Virus record (IMG/VR): IMGVR_UViG_3300010355_000588
Source of the DNA: a virus
Taxonomy: Duplodnaviria; Caudoviricetes
Length of the DNA stretch: 64,000 nucleotides
Reading direction: 5' to 3' (one strand)
Below the pieces are notes generated by a model. The model was not told where the DNA came from. It ran no database searches and was given only the letters and a program-made list of their open reading frames with translations. Both the position numbers and the translations under genes were made by a program. The first letter of the stretch is position 1. Each line of letters begins with the position of its first letter. This document shows positions 56,422 through 64,000 of the stretch, piece by piece.

Positions 56422-56775
56422 TGGTGGAGGCGGGGAGAATCTCACTCCCGTCTCTCAGAAGATACACTTCATCTTCATTCACATCCATAGAACGTTTTTG
56501 AAGCATTTCCTACGTTGGATGGATACCCGTGCAAACCATTCCAATTTCGGCCAACCTTATCTTCAGCTAGAGTACGGTCAGAATTCCACTAGCCTATTCG
56601 AAAACGTCAGTCGGATCCATTATCGAAGTCATGGAGCAACTGCTCACTGTGTTTAAGCAGCGAGGGGAAGAGAAGTTTCGACAATTGTGGTTGTCAGTCG
56701 ATTTTTAGGAAGCCAACGACTATCTTCCGGATGCAGATTTCAGCTTTCCATCTAAGATCGAATATAATCGCCCCC
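56422..56775 (-). ncRNA. ssrA: tmRNA, tag (A)VETSLPLAA
   Basis: GGGGGCG/CGCCTCC acceptor with G3.U, ACCA end, 354 nt, tag ORF 56682-56653 ending LAA-TAA. Confidence 0.9.
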
Positions 56776-56800
56776 AAGATAGAATTCATTTCAAAGAGCA

Positions 56801-56872
56801 GGTTCTCGCGAGGGTTGAAACCTCGATTTCCGCCAGGTGTTAGGTAGGTGTCCTATTTTAGACGACGAGAAC
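56801..56872 (-). pseudogene. Degenerate tRNA (Glu-like body)
   Basis: GTTCTCG/CGAGAAC acceptor and intact D and T arms; disrupted anticodon arm; no CCA. Confidence 0.5.
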
Positions 56873-56905
56873 AAATTTTGTTTCAAACATATCGAACATA
56901 GTATC

Positions 56906-56933
56906 AATATAACATCTTTTTCAGATTTGTCAA
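56906..56933 (-). promoter_or_regulatory. Sigma70-type promoter for the tmRNA/tRNA operon
   Basis: TTGACA-16-TATATT. Confidence 0.55.
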
Positions 56934-56943
56934 CTGCTTTTTG

Positions 56944-57513
56944 TCAATATTCCATAATATTTTTGAAATCTGGACTATCCAAAAAGCTTTCAGTAAGAAA
57001 TGCCGGCTTTCCCTTGATGAACCAAAGCTTTGGAACTTTCTTCTTTATGTTCAGCCCCAGATAGGCATTAGCACCAAGTTCATGACAATACCACGCCTCG
57101 TTTCCATAGGAGAACTCAAAGTCATATGGCTGCCCTAGAACATCTTTTAGAAACCTCAAAGCTTCTTCCTGACCAAACTTCGGGCGCAGAATACAGAATC
57201 CATCGCACCTCAAAAAATCGATGATGTTTTCTCTAACTACTCCTTCAGCTATCGCATGGGTGACCAAATTCTCACCTATGTAGATGCCAGTGTGAGAATA
57301 TTTCCCAGGGATGAAGTGTCCATCTAGATAGTTCTTATATTTTCTAAGGATAAGATCGCCAGGCTTCAAAACATGCATGGCATCTAGCGTTTGTCTGCCC
57401 TTGACCCTAAAGCTCGTCGGATGATAAACTATGAACATAGGCCACTTGAAGACCTTTATGTCTCCGAAGATTGTCAGTAACTTCTTTCTGATTTTTAGCC
57501 GAAACGGATTCAT
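56944..57513 (-). CDS. Permuted papain-like NlpC/P60 (YiiX/YebB-like) enzyme
   Basis: PGDLIL, YSHTGIY, PYDF, YCHEL. Confidence 0.85.
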   Translation of the reverse strand: MNPFRLKIRKKLLTIFGDIKVFKWPMFIVYHPTSFRVKGRQTLDAMHVLKPGDLILRKYKNYLDGHFIPGKYSHTGIYIGENLVTHAIAEGVVRENIIDFLRCDGFCILRPKFGQEEALRFLKDVLGQPYDFEFSYGNEAWYCHELGANAYLGLNIKKKVPKLWFIKGKPAFLTESFLDSPDFKNIMEY

Positions 57514-57518
57514 GATTG

Positions 57519-58096
57519 TCAATCCATATGCTGATATATTGGAAATAGAATAGATATTCTTTCTTCAAATGTTGGAACGTATGCCGGTTTTTTGCCTTTC
57601 AATATTATTCCATATCTAACATATTTATTTTCATCGATATCTTGGTCATGCCATCTATCCATAAGCTCTTCAACATCTAAATATGAATATCCAACGTTTG
57701 ATGGATCTTCAAAATATATTCTGCTTAGACCATAGCCAATAGCTACCACATAATGTCCATTGTTATCCTTAGAAAAATCTGCCATTTTTATATCTTTATA
57801 CCAAGCCTGCAATGGCATAAGCACTGGAATATCGGAATCGATGTTTTTCTTCAAATCGCCAATGGTCATATTTTGTTTGTCAACCACATCGAACCCGAGT
57901 TCCTCAGCAATAGTGGACATTAAGATAGGAGACGCCGAATTGTTTTTGCTTATCTTCAACCTTTCATATAAGTCTACCTCATTTAGAATCACTCCATAAT
58001 ATTTCAGCATTGCTCCGAACGCCGCTACTCCACAATCGTTGAGCGAGTGTTGCCTGGTTTTTGGAAAGAATATGATTTTTCTATATAGTTGCTCAT
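57519..58096 (-). CDS. C39-like cysteine peptidase with 5' frameshift
   Basis: Q..DCG upstream of the track start, GHYVV, EDP; ATG 58096 is out of frame by one base. Confidence 0.7.
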
Positions 58097-58100
58097 GATA

Positions 58101-58793
58101 TTATTTATTTCCATATATTTCTTTGAACTTATCAGTGGCTTTGGCATATTTCGGGTCTTTTATTCCAAGTCCATGGCTGTGGTGCAGAATGGGAATATTA
58201 GCGACGAAGGCCTTCTTCTTGGCTCGGTAAACATCGATGCTGAAAGCCAGGTCGTAGAAGTCGAAGTCGAACACTTCGTTGAATCTGAGGCCTTCTTCCA
58301 TCGCCTGGCACCTGACTGCCATAAAGACTCCGTCGACGGTTACTGCAGTTCCAGTGGGTCCATAAGAGTTGACATACACATCCCCATTTGGTCTGAGATG
58401 CGCTACAGCTCCAGCCCAAGCTTCAGGCGGACAACTGGTATGCCATGAGACAATATTTGACCGATTTAGCATAAAGGATTTGCCACCGGCGACGCCAACC
58501 AAAACTACGTCTGGATCCAGGAATGCCGTCTCAAGTTTCTCACACAATGCTGAGTCATATATCTCAACGTCGTCGTGTACGAACACCATGCAGGAGTTCT
58601 GATCCATCCGGCATACTTTTTTCTGCCACTCGTAGAACTCGTTGTAGCACTTTGACAGTCCATCGGTGTTATTGCTTTTGATGTAGAACCGGCACTGATA
58701 TTTGGAGTCTTCATAAAGCTTTCTAATCTTTAGGAACGACTCAGATATAATTGGCCTTTCGCTGCGAGTAGCTGAATGGAATAGAAATTGCAT
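58101..58793 (-). CDS. GT2-like glycosyltransferase
   Basis: FVHDDV, VGVAG, DGVF, FDFYD. Confidence 0.82.
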   Translation of the reverse strand: MQFLFHSATRSERPIISESFLKIRKLYEDSKYQCRFYIKSNNTDGLSKCYNEFYEWQKKVCRMDQNSCMVFVHDDVEIYDSALCEKLETAFLDPDVVLVGVAGGKSFMLNRSNIVSWHTSCPPEAWAGAVAHLRPNGDVYVNSYGPTGTAVTVDGVFMAVRCQAMEEGLRFNEVFDFDFYDLAFSIDVYRAKKKAFVANIPILHHSHGLGIKDPKYAKATDKFKEIYGNK

Positions 58794-58800
58794 ATGAGCC

Positions 58801-59058
58801 TCAGCAAGTGACTGTGGTTTTTGTGTTCAAGGTACAGTTGCAGATGCCACCACCACCATTCTTTGGATCGGTTGGGCATGCAGCGCATGGATCGAAGTCT
58901 TTAGCATAGTCTACTCCATAGACATAGGACAGGCCTGGGTGGTTGCCATAAGTATGGTCAATATTTGGCGTAGTATCTTTGCCGCCGAAGATTAGTTCCC
59001 AATTTTCTCGGAACTTCTTCATATCCGTTGGTCTAGGTTTGCTTCCTTTGCCTGCCAT
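58801..59058 (-). CDS. Small phage protein
   Basis: GKGSKPRP...NW..IFG; C-terminal Cys cluster. Confidence 0.6.
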   Translation of the reverse strand: MAGKGSKPRPTDMKKFRENWELIFGGKDTTPNIDHTYGNHPGLSYVYGVDYAKDFDPCAACPTDPKNGGGGICNCTLNTKTTVTC

Positions 59059-59060
59059 GT

Positions 59061-60845
59061 TCAGCTCTCCTCTATTAGTAGTTCAGACATTCCATTTTTC
59101 TTTCTGATTTCGATAATTGAATCGAATTCAGATAGGTCGATAGCTTCTCTGTGAGATATGACGAAGATATTCTTATCTTTCGATTCTTCCTTCAAGATAG
59201 ATATGATGGCGTCGATGCAATATTCGTCCACACCTGAGTCGATTACTTCATCCAAGATAAGCACGTTGCTGCTGATCGATCCCATCTTTGATAAGATATC
59301 CCTAAAGGCGAAGGCAAGAGCCACGTCGATGCGCTTCTTCTCTCCATTGCTGAAGGAAGAATATTCGCACTTGCCAGTGTTGGTCAGAAATTCGCAGTCG
59401 AACTTCTCGTCGAAGACAGCAGAGAACTCGGCACCCATCTTGTCGAGATATTTTCTGATCAGAACGTTCATGACGTCCTTTAGGTCTTTGATGATGTACC
59501 TCTTGGCGCCGTCTTCGGATACCACGTGCTCGAGCACCTCAAGCTTTATCTTGGTGTCGATGAACTTCTCTATGGAGGTCTTCATTTCGGTTATCTTGGC
59601 AGTAGAATCTTCGATGAACTGCTTGAATGGGTTGCTTTCGTCCTTGACTTTGTGCATTTCTTCCCGAAGTCTATCCAGGCCGAGCATAATATGTTCTCTA
59701 GCTACTTGATTCTTGGAGTTCGTCGATTCTTTCTTTTGGATGCTGATCAGTTCTTCGTTCAGAATCTTCGTAGTAGAAGCAAGCATGTCCTTTATATGCT
59801 GGGCCTCTGCCAGTCCTTCTTCTAAGGCAACCATCTGTACCAATCCAGATTGCAGCTCAGATTGAATATGCGACAAACTGAACTTTTCATCCAGAGCCCC
59901 ACGGCAAGAATCGCAGATAAGACCCAGAACGTTCGAAAACTTATCGACGAATTCTTTCCTATGTTTTTGCTCTGACTTCAAAGCCGAAATAGAATGCTTG
60001 GTGTTTGAGATTTTATCGGCAGATGCTTCCATTTCTTGCTTTAGGGCGTTTAGCTTATTAGTAGCCAATACTTTATCTTCAGCCAACTTGTCTTCGTTGA
60101 AGAACTCAATGGACTTTAGATTAGATTTTTTCGAGTTGACTTCTCCAGCGAGCGATTCCAGTTTCTTCTTCTTTTCTGAGTTGAAATTTAGATGATTTGC
60201 TTGATATTTTTTGAGGTTCTCCATCTCAGAAGACAGAAGCGAATTCAGTTTAGATATTTCCTTATCAATGATACAGACATCTGCTCGAATGTTCTTTAGC
60301 ATTTCTCCGAATATAGTCAGACCAAAGATGTTTTCAAGATAATAGCGCTTCTGGCTCTTGGAGAACATGAAGAAGTTATCAGTGCTATTTGAAGCAAGCA
60401 CTATGGAATTCTTGAACAGTTCGAACGGTAGTCTAAGAATCTGTTCCACTAAATGGCGTCTAGTTTCCCAGATTGTCGATTTAGTAATTTCTTCACCATC
60501 TTCCCAGATGCGGTGAGTATGTAGCTTATTCTCAGACACATATTCATGACCATCTCGATAAAAGGTAAGTCTGACCTCGAGTGGCATCTTTTTGTGGTTG
60601 AGGCCTAGAATCCGATTAGCTAGAAATTCGTTCTTGGTATTGTTCAAGGTCTTGCCATATAGAGCATAGCTAATAGCGTGAGTCCATAGAACAGATTTTC
60701 CGGCGCCATTCTTGGTTCCTTCGATGTCTTCGTTGACCCCATGGATAAAGTTCATCCCTTCGAACTTCTCGAAGTCAATCTGAATAGGATGGCCCACCGA
60801 CATAAAGTTTTGGACAAAGATCGATTCGAATCTAATTCCGTTCAT
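59061..60845 (-). CDS. gp46 (SbcC/Rad50-like) recombination ATPase
   Basis: NGAGKS, CDSC hook, FSNGE, LDE, ISH. Confidence 0.93.
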   Translation of the reverse strand: MNGIRFESIFVQNFMSVGHPIQIDFEKFEGMNFIHGVNEDIEGTKNGAGKSVLWTHAISYALYGKTLNNTKNEFLANRILGLNHKKMPLEVRLTFYRDGHEYVSENKLHTHRIWEDGEEITKSTIWETRRHLVEQILRLPFELFKNSIVLASNSTDNFFMFSKSQKRYYLENIFGLTIFGEMLKNIRADVCIIDKEISKLNSLLSSEMENLKKYQANHLNFNSEKKKKLESLAGEVNSKKSNLKSIEFFNEDKLAEDKVLATNKLNALKQEMEASADKISNTKHSISALKSEQKHRKEFVDKFSNVLGLICDSCRGALDEKFSLSHIQSELQSGLVQMVALEEGLAEAQHIKDMLASTTKILNEELISIQKKESTNSKNQVAREHIMLGLDRLREEMHKVKDESNPFKQFIEDSTAKITEMKTSIEKFIDTKIKLEVLEHVVSEDGAKRYIIKDLKDVMNVLIRKYLDKMGAEFSAVFDEKFDCEFLTNTGKCEYSSFSNGEKKRIDVALAFAFRDILSKMGSISSNVLILDEVIDSGVDEYCIDAIISILKEESKDKNIFVISHREAIDLSEFDSIIEIRKKNGMSELLIEES

Positions 60846-61944
60846 TTGAGTCGCTTGTGGTTGGATTATTGTAATAGTTTTCTATCATGGATTTTAGATG
60901 GTTCTTGTCAATCTCTCTATCTATGGTAGACAAGTCGTATTTGTCTATATACTTGTGAATATAGAACAAAAGCGACTGTACATTTAAATCTTCCTTGCTT
61001 AGATCTAAGTTCTGATTTATGTTGTTGAGATTCTTTATCGATTTCAATATGTCATAATCTACCTTTAGAGGACCTAGCTGCCTAGTCTTCTCCATCACCC
61101 CAACCACCTTCTCATAATCGTATTTCTCATCGATAATGAATCTGACGTAGTTGCCTTCTATCAGATTCTTGTCGATCTTCTTGCCAGCTTTGAGTTCAGA
61201 CCAAAAGATCTTGACGTATTCCGGAGATACGTCGTTCTTTATGTACTGAGTCTCTCCAGTGTTGGTCTTTAGAATGTAGATACCCTTGTCATTGGCATAG
61301 TCGCCCCAGTCCAACTGCCTTGGGCACCCGACCATATATAACTTTCCATTGGTGTATGTCTTCTCAGCGCGAGTATGGTAGTGACCTACGAAGACAGCCT
61401 CAGTGGCCTGTTCAATGACAGAGGTTACGGTATATTCGCCGTCAGTAGCCTTTCCATTTAGTTTTAGACCACCCAACTCCAGATGTCCCATGATGTAGTC
61501 AGGTTTTTCTTCTGGAAACTTGTCAGCCACTAGACCATCCCAGGGAACCAACAAGATTGTCCGGCCGTTCTTAAGACGCAGAAGCGTGTTTTTCTGTATA
61601 GCATGAACGTTTGGGATCTTGGAGAAGACTTTGACTGAATTGACGTCGATGGAGTGCTTGAAGTAGCTATCATGATTTCCAACCACCATGTAGATGTTCT
61701 TGTAGTTGGCAGCTAGTTTTTCTAGATTTTCGCAGGCGACGTTGAAGGTATGGACATTGACTGAGTTTCTACTGTCAAACCAGTCTCCTAGAAAAAATAG
61801 ATTATCGCCTTTGTAGATAGATATGATCCAGTCAATTAGATCTGAGTTTTGCTGTAGTTTTTGTACGTTGTCTTTGTTCTTTCCCCAGTGAATGTCTGAG
61901 AAAATGCAAGCTTCTTCTATATCTAGATTCTTTACTTCTAACAT
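60832..61944 (-). CDS. gp47 (SbcD/Mre11-like) nuclease
   Basis: DIH, GDWFD, GNHD, GHLE, GHYH. Confidence 0.93.
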   Translation of the reverse strand: MLEVKNLDIEEACIFSDIHWGKNKDNVQKLQQNSDLIDWIISIYKGDNLFFLGDWFDSRNSVNVHTFNVACENLEKLAANYKNIYMVVGNHDSYFKHSIDVNSVKVFSKIPNVHAIQKNTLLRLKNGRTILLVPWDGLVADKFPEEKPDYIMGHLELGGLKLNGKATDGEYTVTSVIEQATEAVFVGHYHTRAEKTYTNGKLYMVGCPRQLDWGDYANDKGIYILKTNTGETQYIKNDVSPEYVKIFWSELKAGKKIDKNLIEGNYVRFIIDEKYDYEKVVGVMEKTRQLGPLKVDYDILKSIKNLNNINQNLDLSKEDLNVQSLLFYIHKYIDKYDLSTIDREIDKNHLKSMIENYYNNPTTSDSNERN

Positions 61945-62000
61945 AGACCTACTGCCGGTTGGTATGGTTTTTGTTGTTCTTGATAATGGAATGCGTCGTA

Positions 62001-62372
62001 CTATAGCTGTTCTTGTTCTTCAAAGCCATCGTATACTTCGTCTCGGTATGCTTCCTTTACCCGTTGAACCCGCTTCTCTCTGTTTATCTTTCCGATGAAG
62101 GCGTTGAAGGTGATCTGAGATAGATACATGAATGGATTGTAGTCAAGGTTGATTTTGTCAAGGCTCTTGAGCATCGAGAATACAGCATCGGAGATAAACT
62201 CGTCTTTATAGGTATATCCACTGAAGTTTGGACGAGTGGCGATCTTTCTAGCTATTTTTAGAATCATTTCGCCCAGCTCTTCAGAGATGGTTCCAGTTTC
62301 TTTGAACTTGACCAACTCTGCCTTTAGATCAGCCGCCTTGACATAATGTGGTTTAGTTTGTGGAGTTGTCAT
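62001..62372 (-). CDS. Late-transcription sigma factor (gp55-like)
   Basis: HYV, RPNFSGYTYKDE.ISDA, NPF.Y..QI.FNAF...I..EK; adjacent to gp47. Confidence 0.88.
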   Translation of the reverse strand: MTTPQTKPHYVKAADLKAELVKFKETGTISEELGEMILKIARKIATRPNFSGYTYKDEFISDAVFSMLKSLDKINLDYNPFMYLSQITFNAFIGKINREKRVQRVKEAYRDEVYDGFEEQEQL

Positions 62373-62449
62373 TGACATCTCCACGGCTGCTTCTATATAT
62401 TTTGTGCATAAAACTCTCCTTTAAATGGTTCACAATCAGTTTAATTAGT

Positions 62450-62872
62450 TCATAGAAGCAATTTGACATAAGTGCGATGTTTGTCGATAGATTCCTTGGT
62501 ATGTCTATTCCACATCTGCCAACTAAATTTATCTACTGCATGGTACATGATTGTTCTTTGAATCCAAGGGGTCTGCCAGTCTTCCATAGCCTCTTTGAAA
62601 ATAATATCGCATTGCTTTCTTGGAAATAATTCAGCTCCAAATATTCCATCATGAAGCAAGGCAGCTACTGTATATTTGCCTGTAAATGGAGAGCCTACTA
62701 GGGACCAAGCGAATACTGGAATGGAAGCTCCGTCAAACCAAAAACCTTCCTTTATTAGAATAGTAGTAGATAATCTATGGCAATACAGAAAATCTTCTTC
62801 TAGGCGATATTCCCTACTTTCTATCTGACGGATAAGCGGATAATTATGGGTGAAAGAACTACTCTTTATCAT
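62450..62872 (-). CDS. DUF1353-like protein
   Basis: FDGASIP, AALLHD, D.IF.EAM. Confidence 0.78.
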   Translation of the reverse strand: MIKSSSFTHNYPLIRQIESREYRLEEDFLYCHRLSTTILIKEGFWFDGASIPVFAWSLVGSPFTGKYTVAALLHDGIFGAELFPRKQCDIIFKEAMEDWQTPWIQRTIMYHAVDKFSWQMWNRHTKESIDKHRTYVKLLL

Positions 62873-62937
62873 CTTTGAAAATTCCAAAAAGAGGGAGGAA
62901 AGGGATCCTCCCGGTTTGACAATTTAGAATAGAGTGA

Positions 62938-63153
62938 TTATTCTTCGGTTGCTTCAGCCTTGTCAAGCTTCTGAATGGCTTTCTTGAGGTCTTCGGCATT
63001 CTTTGCGCCGAGACGGCCTTCAGCAACAAGTTTGTCCACGAGTTCGATTAGTTTTTCTCTATTGTCTTCGGTATTCACCTTTTCGACGACAGTAGCACAC
63101 CCAGAGAACAAAAGCATTCCAATCAAAGAGACCAACATTGCCAACTTCTTCAT
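62938..63153 (-). CDS. Small lipoprotein
   Basis: MKK...LFSGC lipobox; GGAGG RBS. Confidence 0.7.
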   Translation of the reverse strand: MKKLAMLVSLIGMLLFSGCATVVEKVNTEDNREKLIELVDKLVAEGRLGAKNAEDLKKAIQKLDKAEATEE

Positions 63154-63181
63154 GATAACCTCCAATATAGTATTTCGTATC

Positions 63182-63634
63182 TTATTCTTCAGCCATTGCT
63201 TCAGCGACTCTATAAGGGAGTTCGCCATGGTTTGAGAAATCCATCGACGGAAATTCGCCATCCAAGATTGCTTGTCTTCTGATTTCATAGTCATTCACCC
63301 AAATGTTCTGCCACCAGTTTATGTTTGCAGTGGCTTTAGAATGCGAAGTACCTGCCAAAGTAGCCATAGTAACCTTGCCAATCATAGCACTTGTTCCATT
63401 GGCATCTAAACGGTTGACCTGATAAGCAGTACACGCAGCATGCAGATCGTTTAGTAGATTGTTCTTATATTCTAAAACATATGAAGGATCAAGATCCCCG
63501 ACGGTTGTTTCAGTCTTATCTCCGACATAATTTGGAATATCCAATAGACATAGTTCAGAATTAAGTCCATTGACTGTAGAATCTTCTAACCAATCTAAGA
63601 TTTGACCATTTGTTTTTTTAACGATTAATTTCAT
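63182..63634 (-). CDS. Probable tail-fibre assembly/chaperone protein
   Basis: Directly after fibre-like gene; W..NIW...Y...DFS..G..P tail. Confidence 0.45.
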   Translation of the reverse strand: MKLIVKKTNGQILDWLEDSTVNGLNSELCLLDIPNYVGDKTETTVGDLDPSYVLEYKNNLLNDLHAACTAYQVNRLDANGTSAMIGKVTMATLAGTSHSKATANINWWQNIWVNDYEIRRQAILDGEFPSMDFSNHGELPYRVAEAMAEE

Positions 63635-63653
63635 TTTTATTCCTTTTAATTAT

Positions 63654-64000
63654 TTATCTAATCACGCCACCGGTACCAGCTAATTCATTTGCAGTAGATC
63701 CAGCAGGTTGGGTACTATTTTTTCCTATGCTTGAACTACCATCTGCATAAAGACCATAAGTTGGCGCAGTACCTGTATCATCGTTATTGGACGAATAACA
63801 TTTTCCTTGAGTGCACCTTATTCCATAGGTGGCATTAGATAAATATGTGTCGGTAACATTTGCAAATGAGCCCAGAATTAAAATATTCGCCATTGTATTC
63901 GACTTTCCAGAACCCAAAACGTAACATGCTGTTATGATTGGCATAATACTAGATGTGATTTGTATAGCACCTGCTATGCCAGTGGTGTCAGCAACTTGTA
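63654..64000 (-). CDS. C-terminus of a tail fibre/spike-like beta-helix protein (partial)
   Basis: G/S/T/N-rich with YGI/YGL repeats; runs off window. Confidence 0.5.
   Translation of the reverse strand, partial: QVADTTGIAGAIQITSSIMPIITACYVLGSGKSNTMANILILGSFANVTDTYLSNATYGIRCTQGKCYSSNNDDTGTAPTYGLYADGSSSIGKNSTQPAGSTANELAGTGGVIR

Noticed and set aside
889-63235. All plus-strand ORFs in the track (e.g. 49279..50118, 56021..56656, 29633..30316)
   Set aside because: They are antisense shadows of well-supported minus-strand genes or RNAs, with no recognisable motifs

Overview
This 64-kb window is the replication, recombination and nucleotide-metabolism arm of a large T4-like tailed phage. Essentially all genes are on the minus strand, with standard genetic code and no integrase or host genes. 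It encodes a T4-type replisome (PolB/gp43, gp32, clamp, clamp loader, gp41 helicase, gp59-like loader, gp61 primase, RNase H, ligase), UvsX, gp46/47, a RuvC-like resolvase, the late sigma factor gp55, a three-part type II topoisomerase, ThyX, dUTPase, dCMP deaminase, class III RNR, two RNA ligases, two GroES-like proteins, six tRNAs and a tmRNA. Two systems stand out. (1) The topoisomerase gene-60 homologue is broken in its Toprim motif as GGT-TAG-13 nt-GGT. It keeps the T4 gp60-like nascent-peptide signal and has an SD-like GGAG before the second GGT, so it is a candidate programmed ribosomal bypass of only 19 nt (T4: 50 nt). (2) An eight-gene cluster next to the DNA polymerase (C5-methyltransferase, HAD phosphatase, BGT-like glycosyltransferase, PIG-L deacetylase, SAM methyltransferase, WbqC, dNMP kinase, Asp-type thymidylate-synthase homologue) suggests an amino-sugar cytosine hypermodification. 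Also seen: a repeated sigma70 early-promoter cassette, a strand-specific GTCAWATTG motif before replication genes, two related origin-like AT-rich loci, two heptad-repeat proteins and unassigned structured RNAs in the tRNA/tmRNA operon. All calls come from reading motifs and recalling protein families; no database search was run.
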